A stretch of 64,000 bases of DNA from an uncultured virus (IMG/VR IMGVR_UViG_3300025120_000026) (taxonomy: Duplodnaviria > Heunggongvirae > Uroviricota > Caudoviricetes), in the IMG/VR virus record IMGVR_UViG_3300025120_000026, one strand, 5' to 3'. This document shows positions 1 through 10,639 of this stretch, one piece after another. The position numbers and the translations under genes were made by a program. The stretch's first letter is position 1, and each line of letters opens with the position of its first letter. A model generated the notes under the pieces. The model had not been told where the DNA came from. It worked only from the letters and a program-made list of their open reading frames with translations, and made no database searches.

Positions 1-1
1 G

Positions 2-169
2 ATTAGAGAGAGTTTAAAATACTTGATGGAGTTTAAAGGTAAATTAGTGCATAAGAGACAAGATACAATTATAGTTGCACAGATGCAAGTTGTTCAAGAG
101 GTATTGGCACAAAATCATCCTCAAGTTTGGTTAGATATTAAGAATAAAATGCAGGAGAAGTTACAATGA
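2..169 (+). CDS. 3' end of a gene truncated by the window edge; possibly terminase small subunit
   Basis: Open frame ...IRESLKYLMEFKGKLVHKRQDTIIVAQMQVVQEVLAQNHPQVWLDIKNKMQEKLQ* whose TGA overlaps the ATG at 166 (ATGA). Function is guessed from position only. Confidence 0.5.
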   Translation: MRESLKYLMEFKGKLVHKRQDTIIVAQMQVVQEVLAQNHPQVWLDIKNKMQEKLQ

Positions 170-2448
170 GTTGGAAAACTATTCTGAAAGCAACTGGGGT
201 TGGTAAAGATGGTATGTCCGATAAGGCTGAAGAAGTTAAAGTTAACAAACCTACAGTTACATATAGACAAACAGATAATTTAATTGGTACGGGGTCAATT
301 GATTCATCAAAACCACTACCACCAAAAAATAAAAATGGTGTGAATTTATTATATTTAATGACTTCACAATTACATACAGATGAAATTAAGAATTTTATGG
401 ATGAATGGTCTAAAACAGGAAAAATTATTCGAGGAACTTTTGATAGAACAATAGCGAACAGACAATTTTCACGAATAGTTAACACATTAAAAACTGCTGT
501 AGTAGGTAAATCAGATGATGAAATTCTACATGCATTTTCTAATTATGCTATTACAAAAGAAGATATTCCAAAAATAAAAAGTAATTTAGAATTGATGGAA
601 AAAAGTATTAAAAACAGTATTAAACCAAAAAAGGAAATGAAACAAAGTAAAGTTAAAGTAATTCTTGAGAAACTATCAACAAAAGGTAGAAATATAAAAT
701 TAGAAGACATGAAAGAATTAGATGATTTCTTAAATGCACAGCAAAGAGAAACTGAATTAATGGAATTTAATGCAAAGAATAATAATCAAGCAAGAAAAAT
801 AATTGTTGAGGCTACTAGAAATCTAAATAAAAATGAAGATGAAAAAGGTAACTTAGTAGATAATAAAGACATTCAATATAGTGGGATTGGTTATGATACT
901 AAAGGAATTATAATAACTAATCCTAAGGGTGAAAAAATAGAATCTGATTTTATTACTGAAGCACAGGGTAGGAAATTAGCAGGAAGTAAAACTTCTTCTA
1001 AAATAAAAAGAACTAAGTTAGGTAGAATATTTGATATTATTGAGTTTGATGATACTCCAGTCAAAGATGATAACCAAGGTAATCAAACACTAGTTCCTAC
1101 TCAGTCTAATAGAGTAGATTATTTAAGTCATATTATGTTTAAGTTAAAAGGTCAGGAAAGATTTAAGTTCCTACCTTATATGGAAAAAGGTAGGACTAAC
1201 GATTTTAAAGGTATATATTACATAAAGGATGGCCCAACTGGTAAACTTTCATCTACATTATTGCATATTTTAACTCATGAAAATTATGATATTAGTACTC
1301 TTAGAACTCCAGTTACTAAAAACAGTATGAAAGAGTTTTCTGTTTTTAGAGAATTATCTAAAGTAGATAGTGATGAGGGAACTAAGTATAGTACTAATGC
1401 TGATACTAAAAAAATTGTAGACCTGTATAGAAAAACAGTTACACAAAAAGTTAAACCTGTAGTTTATGGTAAAAATAAAGAACTAATGGGAGACAAAGAC
1501 TATGTTGAACAAAGACAAGGACTACCTGCATTTAGGGACGCAATTCAAAATGATGTTAACAAAGAAGGTTTAGCAACTATTTGGAATAAAATGGTTTCAG
1601 AGTCTAACACAAAATCAGTAATATCTAATGATTTATTTAATATCCTAAGTAAATATTATACTGACCGTATAGACTTAGAAAATAAAAAGACTTCTAAAAA
1701 GAAGTTCAGAACATTATTAATAAATACGGCAGATGCAATTCAAAAACTAACAGAAATAAAAATATTAAAAGTAAAAGAATCAGATATAATAAGCATATTA
1801 AATACTTATGAAAGATTAGGTGATGTTTTAGAGAGAACTACACTTGTAAGAAACGAACGAATAATTGACCCTAATGATATAACTTTTTTCAGTGTGTTTT
1901 TATCTGAACCAATTGCTGAAGTAGATGTTATAGACCAATTTAAAAACCATTTAGAAAGTATTAAACGAAATGATGAGGGAATTAGTGAAGGTGAAATATT
2001 AAGTGAATTACTTAATCCTAAAATGTCATATAAGTTCTATCCTCAAAGTTATGGCCCTTTACCCTCAAGTGATAAGGGAACATCTTCAAGTGGTCAATCA
2101 ATTATAGCAGATATTGGTTCTAGTAAACACAGTGCTACTTTTGGAAGCATACTTGCTAAGGTAATTTTAATAGGACAAGCCCAAGGAAATGTAAAATTGT
2201 TGAAGGATACTGTACAATTTTTAGATGATGATGTAACTGGTGATATAGATGATGTTACATTAGAAGAAATACAGAATATATTAAAAACAGAATATCCTAA
2301 AATTGTTAATCAATTTATGTTAGATATAGATAGTAAAATGGAAGAGGTAGTAAATAAACCAATTAAGTTAGATGATAAAAATAAAGACCCATATACATAT
2401 TTAGTTAGTGTATTACAAGTAGGAGGAATTCAAAATGACACAATATAA
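166..2448 (+). CDS. Large hypothetical protein (760 aa, K/D/E-rich) with N-terminal MSWKTILK peptide; candidate internal head protein
   Basis: Long ORF, GGAG upstream, coupled to neighbours; no catalytic motif recognised. Confidence 0.8.
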   Translation: MSWKTILKATGVGKDGMSDKAEEVKVNKPTVTYRQTDNLIGTGSIDSSKPLPPKNKNGVNLLYLMTSQLHTDEIKNFMDEWSKTGKIIRGTFDRTIANRQFSRIVNTLKTAVVGKSDDEILHAFSNYAITKEDIPKIKSNLELMEKSIKNSIKPKKEMKQSKVKVILEKLSTKGRNIKLEDMKELDDFLNAQQRETELMEFNAKNNNQARKIIVEATRNLNKNEDEKGNLVDNKDIQYSGIGYDTKGIIITNPKGEKIESDFITEAQGRKLAGSKTSSKIKRTKLGRIFDIIEFDDTPVKDDNQGNQTLVPTQSNRVDYLSHIMFKLKGQERFKFLPYMEKGRTNDFKGIYYIKDGPTGKLSSTLLHILTHENYDISTLRTPVTKNSMKEFSVFRELSKVDSDEGTKYSTNADTKKIVDLYRKTVTQKVKPVVYGKNKELMGDKDYVEQRQGLPAFRDAIQNDVNKEGLATIWNKMVSESNTKSVISNDLFNILSKYYTDRIDLENKKTSKKKFRTLLINTADAIQKLTEIKILKVKESDIISILNTYERLGDVLERTTLVRNERIIDPNDITFFSVFLSEPIAEVDVIDQFKNHLESIKRNDEGISEGEILSELLNPKMSYKFYPQSYGPLPSSDKGTSSSGQSIIADIGSSKHSATFGSILAKVILIGQAQGNVKLLKDTVQFLDDDVTGDIDDVTLEEIQNILKTEYPKIVNQFMLDIDSKMEEVVNKPIKLDDKNKDPYTYLVSVLQVGGIQNDTI

Positions 2449-5410
2449 TACTAATAAAGAATTCATTGAAAGTGCATTAAAAACCTCATCTAGCGAGAGA
2501 TTTGAAGAGTTATTATTACAGTATATAGACAAGTCTAAACATGAAAAGAAAGAAGAAGAATTTAAAAATCAATCAAAAGGCGAATTGACTGAAGACCAAG
2601 AATATGAATTAGACAATTTAGAAGAACAAATGATTTTTGAAGCAGTAAAAGATTTAAAGAAAAATATAAGTGCAACAATAGTTCTTGATGTTTTATTAGA
2701 AATGAAAGAAATTTCTTCATCTGACCAAAATGTTGACATAGATACATATTTATTTTTAGATGGGGAAGAGGTTGAACTTCAATCTTGGGTTCTAATGACA
2801 GTAGAAGGTGATGTCTTAAGAATTGCAGATATTGCTAAGAAAATTAGAAAATACTTACTTGATAATGTAGAAGGATATAAATTTATAACTAAATCAAAAG
2901 ATACTTTAGTATTAAAACTAATTGAAGAAATTAGAAACCGTTCTGAAGGTAGAACTAAATCTATACTATCTAGTGACAAATTAAAGGAAAAAAACTATAC
3001 AGGGCCAAGAGATAAACCGAAAACTGGAGAAGACGTAATAGATTTATTAAGTGATATTGATAAAATTATAAAATTATTCACAAACGGGGCAGGTACACAG
3101 TGGAGTTCATATAATAAAGGTAAGGGTTCATTTGAAAAGAATCCTAGAATAGGCGGATTAAGAATTAAAAACGCAAATATTAGTAAACTTAAAACTGAAG
3201 AATATATAGAAATATTAGAAGACTTCCCACCATCGGAAAAATATGATGAATTTCCTGAACCATTTATTAAATTATTAAAAAAACATCTTGTTAATTTAGA
3301 AAGTAAAAATACAAATGAGAATATACAAGTAGGTAAACCCTTAAAATTTGAAGCAGATATTTTAATTTCTAAATTAGATTTAAAAAATCTAGATAGAAGA
3401 GAAAAAATTTATGACTTTTGGGAAAAAACTAATAAAAAATATACAAATTTAAAAACAGCAGTTGACAACTTTGAGTCTGAATTTAAGGATGTAGTGGAAA
3501 CTGATAATTTTAAAATATTAAAAACGGGTAATGAATTATCTAGGAGAAAATATAATCATGGGTTAAAAATGTTAAAATTTTTAGCAGAACCAATAGAGGA
3601 TAGGTTAAATTATATTGTAACTGTTAAACCTCAAACTTTAGAATCTACTCATCCTGATAGCATACTAGTTAGTGCGTTTGAATCATTTGTTTCTCCAGCA
3701 GATATGAAAAAACTACAAAATCAACAGTCTGAAAATCAGAATCCATATGATTTTGGAGATAGTTTAGATAGTGATAGCGGTAAAGATAGTTTAGAGTTTG
3801 AAGTTGATGAAGGTGAAATAGCAGATAAAAAAGTGGAAACTAAATATGGTAAAGAAGGAGAAGGCAATACTAATACTGCATCTGTTAGTGAAGAAGCGGC
3901 AGAAAGAATGCGTGTAGGTATTAATGAAACTACAGAGTTAAGTATATTTGGACAAACTATGAATAAAATAACTCATAAAAAGAAAGTAGACCCCTTATTT
4001 GCTTATGCTTTTACTAAAGACAGTGCTAAATTTAAAAATTTAGTTTTATATAAAAAGGATGTTAATAATCTTAAAGAAGAACTAAGTTTAATTGAAGACA
4101 TGTCTGATGTATTAAATTTAAATTTAACATTTGAAGATAAGTTATTGGAGTTTAGTGAAGAGTTAGAATCACTTGCCTCCAAAACTATAGAAGGAGATAA
4201 TACATTATTCTATCTTCCACTATCTAAAGAAATACACGGTAAAGACAATGTACGCTATGAAGTAAGTCAAGATGGTACAGACTTAAATGTAAGAGTAGAA
4301 ACTAGAGTTAACACTATTAGAGAATTTTTAAACTTAATTACTCAATTTACTGATTTTGGTTTTAAAGATTCTAGAAGTAAAGGTAAAGGTGGCTATAATA
4401 TATCATCCTCAGGTGAGGCTAAAGGGCCAACTGGACAAACATCATCTTACGCTACAAAAAATAGAGAAAATATGATGGGTGAACTTAATGAAGCAAAAGA
4501 ATCTTTTATTAAATTATTAGATGAAATAGCGGATTTTTATGTTAAACCATTATCTTCAATTAATACTCCTTTTAATAGAAAAGATTCTTCTGATGACTTT
4601 TCTTTATTCTCGCCTCAGATGGAATATATGTTAATGAAAGATAAATCTAAAGTAGATATTTATTTTATGATGTTAAATTTAGAGATATCGGGAGTAGAAG
4701 AAGTCTTTAGAGGTAATTATAAAGTTATGGATAAACTTACTAATTTATTTAATGTTATAAATAAACCTTCAATTTATGATAATGAAGATGTTTTATCGGA
4801 AATGTTACACGAAATAAGAACACAATTAAAAATTATTTATGGAGAGATGGATAAGAACAATCTTACTAATTTAATAAATATAGAATTAGGTAATTATTTC
4901 TATAATGTACTTATAAAAACTGAAAGTAATACAGAAAAAGCGGGTAAGAAAGAAATATTTAATAAACCATCTAATGAATGGAATAAATTATATGATGAAA
5001 GTGAAATTTATCCATTATCTGCATTGTTAGGATTTATTGAGAGAAATAAAACTTCTATAATATTAGACATAGAAGGTACTAAAAATAAAAATATATACAA
5101 AGAATTTCAAAAGGCTTTAGGAGACTTAGTAATGAAAATTACTAAAAGTAAACAAGAAATTAATTTACTAGAAGCCCATGATAGTATTCGTAAAATGTTA
5201 AATAAACCAGTATATTATAAGTATGGTAAATTAGATAATTTCGACCATGTAGATAGGGCTTTGAGTATAATGAAATCTCACTTTAATGTAGACTTAACTG
5301 TTTTAGAACTTGAATCTATAATTAATGAGGTTGATTCTATGAAATCTATAGGCTCTAAATATGGTATGTCATCAGAAGGAGTATATTTCTTAAAGGCTAA
5401 TTTTAGGTGA
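2435..5410 (+). CDS. Large hypothetical acidic protein (991 aa), possible C-terminal helix-turn-helix
   Basis: Long ORF with AGGAGG RBS; C-terminus SMKSIGSKYGMSSEGVYFLK is HTH-like. Confidence 0.8.
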   Translation: MTQYNTNKEFIESALKTSSSERFEELLLQYIDKSKHEKKEEEFKNQSKGELTEDQEYELDNLEEQMIFEAVKDLKKNISATIVLDVLLEMKEISSSDQNVDIDTYLFLDGEEVELQSWVLMTVEGDVLRIADIAKKIRKYLLDNVEGYKFITKSKDTLVLKLIEEIRNRSEGRTKSILSSDKLKEKNYTGPRDKPKTGEDVIDLLSDIDKIIKLFTNGAGTQWSSYNKGKGSFEKNPRIGGLRIKNANISKLKTEEYIEILEDFPPSEKYDEFPEPFIKLLKKHLVNLESKNTNENIQVGKPLKFEADILISKLDLKNLDRREKIYDFWEKTNKKYTNLKTAVDNFESEFKDVVETDNFKILKTGNELSRRKYNHGLKMLKFLAEPIEDRLNYIVTVKPQTLESTHPDSILVSAFESFVSPADMKKLQNQQSENQNPYDFGDSLDSDSGKDSLEFEVDEGEIADKKVETKYGKEGEGNTNTASVSEEAAERMRVGINETTELSIFGQTMNKITHKKKVDPLFAYAFTKDSAKFKNLVLYKKDVNNLKEELSLIEDMSDVLNLNLTFEDKLLEFSEELESLASKTIEGDNTLFYLPLSKEIHGKDNVRYEVSQDGTDLNVRVETRVNTIREFLNLITQFTDFGFKDSRSKGKGGYNISSSGEAKGPTGQTSSYATKNRENMMGELNEAKESFIKLLDEIADFYVKPLSSINTPFNRKDSSDDFSLFSPQMEYMLMKDKSKVDIYFMMLNLEISGVEEVFRGNYKVMDKLTNLFNVINKPSIYDNEDVLSEMLHEIRTQLKIIYGEMDKNNLTNLINIELGNYFYNVLIKTESNTEKAGKKEIFNKPSNEWNKLYDESEIYPLSALLGFIERNKTSIILDIEGTKNKNIYKEFQKALGDLVMKITKSKQEINLLEAHDSIRKMLNKPVYYKYGKLDNFDHVDRALSIMKSHFNVDLTVLELESIINEVDSMKSIGSKYGMSSEGVYFLKANFR

Positions 5411-5415
5411 TATAT

Positions 5416-5949
5416 ATGATTAAGAAATTTCATCCTAGGCTTAAAAGAATTCTAGGAAATGAAGAAACAAAAGTCATGCAATTGGGTTCAGAAGAAGATA
5501 TGAAAGAACTTTGGGATGATAGTAATCCCGATATGCCACATAAATTAAGAGATAGTGGTTATCCTATAGATAATTGGTTTGGTCTTATACATAATGAAAA
5601 AGGAAAGGCTAGATTAGTTTCAGTAATAGGTCATGCAATAAGAACAGGAAAGGAAGGAGAACCCTTTGCATATATTGGAGGAACTAAAACTCATCCTGAT
5701 TATCAAGGGCGTAGGTTAATGGCTCAAATAAGAAATAAAAATTTAACAGCCATTGGTAATATTCCTAAGGTTGCTACGTATACTGAAGAAGGTAAAAAAA
5801 GATTTAAAAAACCAATAGTAAGTGAGCCACAGGAACATGAGGTTGTGCCTGATAGTGTAATACAAGAAATGCAACGAAGAGTAAGAGAAATACCAATTGC
5901 TGAAACTTGGGGAATTTTTAAAGGTTGGAAGGATATTTTAAGGAGATAG
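5416..5949 (+). CDS. GNAT-family acetyltransferase-like protein
   Basis: AYIGGTKTHPDYQGRRLMAQI matches GNAT acetyl-CoA-binding motif A. Start moved to ATG 5416 because the GTG at 5407 lies within the AGGTGA RBS. Confidence 0.65.
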   Translation: MIKKFHPRLKRILGNEETKVMQLGSEEDMKELWDDSNPDMPHKLRDSGYPIDNWFGLIHNEKGKARLVSVIGHAIRTGKEGEPFAYIGGTKTHPDYQGRRLMAQIRNKNLTAIGNIPKVATYTEEGKKRFKKPIVSEPQEHEVVPDSVIQEMQRRVREIPIAETWGIFKGWKDILRR

Positions 5950-5950
5950 T

Positions 5951-7387
5951 ATGGATATAGAAAACTTAGATTTTGTTTCTCAAATGGATATGGAAATATC
6001 TAAAACTTCATTTCCTTATTTTTTTCAAAATGTATTAGGAATGATGTATCCTGAGTATATGCAAGAGTGGCTAGAACTTATGCAAAGTACAGATAGAACA
6101 GTTATTATTTGTAGTCGTGACCACGGTAAATCTGTCTTTATGCATAGTTGGGTTGTTTGGAATTTAGTATTTCAAGAGCCACCATATCAAATGTTATACA
6201 TATCTTCTAATCAAAAACAGACTTTAGTACACATGAGAGAAATTGATAGGATGTTTAATCATCCAGCATTAAAAAAGTTTAGACCTTCTAGAGGTTGGGC
6301 TATTGGTAATATTCAGTTAACCAATGGTAATGCGATTTTAGAGCGTTCCGTTGGTTCTCAAATTAGAGGTCTTCATCCTCAAGAAATTATCATTGATGAC
6401 CCTTTGAAAGAATTTAGTTTAGTTGCGATTCAACGGGTAACTGATTGGTTCTTTGGAGATATGATACCAACGCTACACCATACTTCTAATCTTAGAATGA
6501 TTGGTACTCCATTTACTTATACAGATATTTTTACTCAGTTAGAGGAAAATGAAGCATATACTGTTAGAAAATATCCATGTCTTAATTCTTTAAACGAACC
6601 ACTATGGAAAGAACGTTGGAACTATGATGCTCTTATGCAAAGAAAAGCGGAAATAGGTTCTTTAAAATTTACAAGAGAATATCTATGTGTTCCTATATCT
6701 ACAGGGACTTCTCTCTTTAATCCTGAATTTATTGATAAATGTAAAGCAAGAGATTATGTATTAAAATTAGGACATAGGAAAGATAAAGGATACAAATATT
6801 ATGTAGGAGTTGACCCTGCTATTTCTACTGATGGTGACTACAATGTTATTACTGTTATAGAAATGGATGATGAAAAAAATAAAACGGTTGTACATGTAGA
6901 TAGAGCGAAGAACGTAGACTTTAGACAAAATATAGAAAAGATACGTTTAGTAGGGGCTATTTTTGAACCGGAAGTAATATTGTTTGAAACTAATACTTTT
7001 GCCAAATCTTTTACACAAGAGTTAAGAAATATTTCAGATTTAAACGTTCAAGATTTTAACACTACTAGAAAAAAGAAACAAGAAATTATTTTAAGTCTAC
7101 AGATGAATATTGAGAATGGTAAAATGAATTTTCCATATGGTGATAATAATAGTAGGAAATTAACCAATTTATTAATTGAAGAATTATCTATGTTTTCTAT
7201 TACACAAGCAGGTAAGTTTGAAGGAGTTGGGGCGCATGATGATTTAGTAATGAGCCTCGCTTTGGCTACTGCCGCAACTCATAATTCAACAGAAGTGTTT
7301 ATGTTATTAGACGACATGGGAATATTTGACGAACCTAAACAACAATTAGCCAATAACGTTTCGGGACTAGTAGGGTTGAACTTTTAA
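5951..7387 (+). CDS. terL: Terminase large subunit
   Basis: Walker A SRDHGKS, Walker B EIIIDD, coupling motif IGTP, RNase H-like nuclease motifs VGVDPA and HDDLVMS. Confidence 0.93.
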   Translation: MDIENLDFVSQMDMEISKTSFPYFFQNVLGMMYPEYMQEWLELMQSTDRTVIICSRDHGKSVFMHSWVVWNLVFQEPPYQMLYISSNQKQTLVHMREIDRMFNHPALKKFRPSRGWAIGNIQLTNGNAILERSVGSQIRGLHPQEIIIDDPLKEFSLVAIQRVTDWFFGDMIPTLHHTSNLRMIGTPFTYTDIFTQLEENEAYTVRKYPCLNSLNEPLWKERWNYDALMQRKAEIGSLKFTREYLCVPISTGTSLFNPEFIDKCKARDYVLKLGHRKDKGYKYYVGVDPAISTDGDYNVITVIEMDDEKNKTVVHVDRAKNVDFRQNIEKIRLVGAIFEPEVILFETNTFAKSFTQELRNISDLNVQDFNTTRKKKQEIILSLQMNIENGKMNFPYGDNNSRKLTNLLIEELSMFSITQAGKFEGVGAHDDLVMSLALATAATHNSTEVFMLLDDMGIFDEPKQQLANNVSGLVGLNF

Positions 7388-7397
7388 AGGTGTTTTT

Positions 7398-8729
7398 ATG
7401 GAAGAAAAATTAAGCACTACGTTTGAAGATTTAAAAGAAATTGCTTTAGAAGATGAGCAATTAGCCTCAGAAGAACAACAGTTAATTGACAGTTTAAAAA
7501 TTGAAAATTGGATTGATAGTCAACCATTATCTAGCCATTTTGATATAGAAAAAAAATACGCACAAGAGTTTAATATTAACTTAACTAAGGCTAAGAAAGA
7601 ATTAAATCTTACAGTTAAAAAATTTGAAGTAGAAGGTAATGATATTCCAACTGTAATAAAAGGTCTAAGAAAATATAGAAGAACTCTGAAAGGAGAAAGT
7701 AAATTAGAAGTTACTGAATCAATAGATAATTTAATTAAAGCATATTCGGAACACTTAAGTAAAAGTATAGATAACATATATTGGATAAAAAAATATAAAT
7801 CTGTATTAAATGATATGACTTGTTCTGAAGATAATATTATTAAATTATCCTATGTTTCTGAGGAATCTACTAGAAGAGAGATTATTGATGTATTGTGTAA
7901 ATACTGGGAAAATAGAATAGATAAGAAAGATATGCCATTTAATTCTGAATATGCTAAATTGAATAAATCTATGTCAAATTCTAAAAGAGAATTTAAATCT
8001 ATATTGAGAAAATATATGACAGGAATTTCTACTAAAGATATTATTAAACATGAAATTCTAAAAGCAGTTTGTGAAGATAACGGTATTTCTTCTAGACAAA
8101 TACATGAAAGATTACCTAAGAATTTATTTAATAAAACTTCACCAACTATTATCTCTAAGATGGCTAAGACAATGAATATTACTAATGTAAATGGTGCGTT
8201 CTACAAACTAAATGATGACATTAAAAAAGATATTTATTCTTATACTGCGGCCTTTATTGATTCAGATGGATACATCACAATGGATAAAAATTTCAATCCT
8301 AGAGTTGGTTTAATCGCAACAGGAGAAAGAGGTAAAGCATTCATGATGGAAATGCATAAGTCTCTAGGTTGTGGTAGATTACATCTTGACCAAAAATCTC
8401 CACAGGCTACAAGGTCAGTACAAAGATTAAATTTTTATTCCGGTGATGATGTAGTTAACATATTAACCAAATGTAGGCCACACTTTAAAATGAAAGGGGC
8501 TAACGCAGATATACTGTTAGAACTAGTACGTATGAAGAAATCTCATAAAAAAGCAGAATGGTATACATCAAGAAGAGAAGAATTATTTCAATTAATGAAA
8601 TATGAAAATCACAAAGACCATGTTGGATATGATTTTTCTCAATATGGAATAGACCCAACAACAGTGGCTAAATTTCATGATAATTCTAAAATGTTTGAAA
8701 TGGATAAACTTGAAGGAGTAGTGACTTAA
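7398..8729 (+). CDS. Free-standing single-motif LAGLIDADG endonuclease-domain protein with long N-terminal extension
   Basis: YTAAFIDSDGYI motif (nt ~8241-8276) followed by typical LGCGRL and PHFKMK segments; ~275 aa helical N-terminus including a wHTH-like segment. Confidence 0.8.
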   Translation: MEEKLSTTFEDLKEIALEDEQLASEEQQLIDSLKIENWIDSQPLSSHFDIEKKYAQEFNINLTKAKKELNLTVKKFEVEGNDIPTVIKGLRKYRRTLKGESKLEVTESIDNLIKAYSEHLSKSIDNIYWIKKYKSVLNDMTCSEDNIIKLSYVSEESTRREIIDVLCKYWENRIDKKDMPFNSEYAKLNKSMSNSKREFKSILRKYMTGISTKDIIKHEILKAVCEDNGISSRQIHERLPKNLFNKTSPTIISKMAKTMNITNVNGAFYKLNDDIKKDIYSYTAAFIDSDGYITMDKNFNPRVGLIATGERGKAFMMEMHKSLGCGRLHLDQKSPQATRSVQRLNFYSGDDVVNILTKCRPHFKMKGANADILLELVRMKKSHKKAEWYTSRREELFQLMKYENHKDHVGYDFSQYGIDPTTVAKFHDNSKMFEMDKLEGVVT

Positions 8730-10405
8730 TGGTTGAAGAAAAAAGAAGATTTAGTTTTACTAATTTATTTAGAAATAGTACACCTAAACCATTAGACCGT
8801 AGTGTATACAATATAGGAATACAAGAAAAAGATACTTCTTATTTACTAACATCTCCAGTAATGTATCATATTGCTCAACAATCTATTATTGTTAGAACTT
8901 GCACTACTCAGTTAAAACAGGAAATATTTAGAAGAGGATATATATGGGAAGAAAAATTTGCCATGCGTTGTGATAGTTGTGGTAAAGAACATAAAATTCC
9001 TATTAAAGAATGTGGAGATTGTGGTGGAGTTGAGTTTTCAAAGCCTGACCCAAAACAATTAAAATATGCTAAAAATATGTTAGAAGGATATGTAAATAAA
9101 TCAGAACAAATGTTTATTGATGTTCTAAAAGAAATGGAAGATGACCTCAATATAATGGATGATGCTTATCTTGTTATGGTAAAAGAATATTATTTAGATA
9201 GTGATAATAATATAAAAATGCATAGAATCAAAGAAGTATATCGTGGCGACCCCATCGGAATGCATATTTATTCAGATGAAAAAGGAGAAAGAGGTAGTGC
9301 GGGCTTTACATGTTTAAGACATAGAAGTGTAATTAATGTAAGTCCTACTGGAATTTGTGAAGAATGTAATAGTAAACTTTACCCAGTGCATTTTGTTAAC
9401 AGAACAAATGGAGAAGAACAGTTTTTTATTAAGGGGGAAGTATTACATTTTAGTAAGTATTCTCCTAGTAGAATATATGGTTTGTCTCCAATAATTACTT
9501 TGTGGAATAACGTTACTACATTACTTGCTATGGAAAATTATGTTAATTCTTCTTATACTAAAGCAAGAATGCCTAAAGGTATTTTAGCCGTTCAAACTAG
9601 AAATATGGATTCTATGAAATCTTTTTGGAGAGGAGTAAAAGAGAAGATGGAGAAAGACCCTCATTTTATTCCAGTTATGGGAATTGAAGCGGAAGGTGGA
9701 AAAGGTTCTATTGAGTGGGTTAAATTTATGGATAGTCTAAAAGAAATGGATTATATGTCTGTAAAAGATGATTTAAGAGATAGAATATCTGCATTCTATG
9801 GAGTTAGTAAGATATTTATGGCAGATAGTTCTGCTAGTGGTGGATTAAATAATGATGGAATGCAAATACTTGTAACTAATCGTGCAGTTGAAATGGCACA
9901 AACTATTTGGAATAATTATGTGTTTCCTTTTATGACAAAAGAATTTGGTATTATAGATTGGCAATTAAAATTACCACCATCAGAAGAAGAGGATGAAATT
10001 GCTAAATTAAGAAAGAGAGAGATAGAAGTTAACGTAGCCGCATCAATTAAAAATTTAGGTTTTGAAGTAGATATGGATGATGAAGGTAGGTTTACGTTTT
10101 CAAAACCCCCACCTGAACCTAAACCTGAAGCAGAAGGACAAGAAGATGGGGATGCTCCAATAGAAACAGACCCTTATGCAGGTACAAATATTGATGCTAG
10201 TCAAATGGGACAAATGATGGAAGCGGGTAATCAACCACCACCATCTGCTGATGCTCCTAAAGCCGCACCTGTAAAAGCAGAAGAACCTCCAGCAACTAGA
10301 AATAAACCATCTATGAGTAGAGGGCCGGATAAAAGATTTAGTGGGTTACCAGCCGATGCGGGTAATCAAAACGTTGACAAAAGAACTGAAAGGAGAGTAG
10401 GATAA
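8729..10405 (+). CDS. Portal protein with Cys-rich insertions
   Basis: Position after terminase; HK97-like portal segments VLHF..YGLSPI, PKGIL and ISAFYGV; CxxC pairs; Pro/acidic C-terminal tail. Confidence 0.85.
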   Translation: MVEEKRRFSFTNLFRNSTPKPLDRSVYNIGIQEKDTSYLLTSPVMYHIAQQSIIVRTCTTQLKQEIFRRGYIWEEKFAMRCDSCGKEHKIPIKECGDCGGVEFSKPDPKQLKYAKNMLEGYVNKSEQMFIDVLKEMEDDLNIMDDAYLVMVKEYYLDSDNNIKMHRIKEVYRGDPIGMHIYSDEKGERGSAGFTCLRHRSVINVSPTGICEECNSKLYPVHFVNRTNGEEQFFIKGEVLHFSKYSPSRIYGLSPIITLWNNVTTLLAMENYVNSSYTKARMPKGILAVQTRNMDSMKSFWRGVKEKMEKDPHFIPVMGIEAEGGKGSIEWVKFMDSLKEMDYMSVKDDLRDRISAFYGVSKIFMADSSASGGLNNDGMQILVTNRAVEMAQTIWNNYVFPFMTKEFGIIDWQLKLPPSEEEDEIAKLRKREIEVNVAASIKNLGFEVDMDDEGRFTFSKPPPEPKPEAEGQEDGDAPIETDPYAGTNIDASQMGQMMEAGNQPPPSADAPKAAPVKAEEPPATRNKPSMSRGPDKRFSGLPADAGNQNVDKRTERRVG

Positions 10406-10406
10406 G

Positions 10407-10622
10407 ATGAGCGAACGAAGTGTAAAAGATATTGAAAGAGAAATGAAAGAAGCAAGAATTGCAGAAAAAAGACATTATGATAAGTTAGTAACTAAAAATA
10501 GAGACTTAACTTTAGGTACTATTGCTCCTAATACTAAGAAATACAAAGCACCAACAGATGTTCCTGATGTTAATACAATGCCGAAAAGAAGAAGACAAAA
10601 TACCACTCAAAGTCCATTTTAA
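10407..10622 (+). CDS. Hypothetical protein (71 aa, basic)
   Basis: Fills the gap after the portal; RBS-like sequence upstream. Confidence 0.6.
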   Translation: MSERSVKDIEREMKEARIAEKRHYDKLVTKNRDLTLGTIAPNTKKYKAPTDVPDVNTMPKRRRQNTTQSPF

Positions 10623-10639
10623 ATATACAGGTGAGTAGT

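Noticed and set aside
7398..8729. LAGLIDADG as part of an intein or intron in terminase or portal
   Set aside because: Both neighbours look complete and the ORF has its own start and stop, with no splicing motifs
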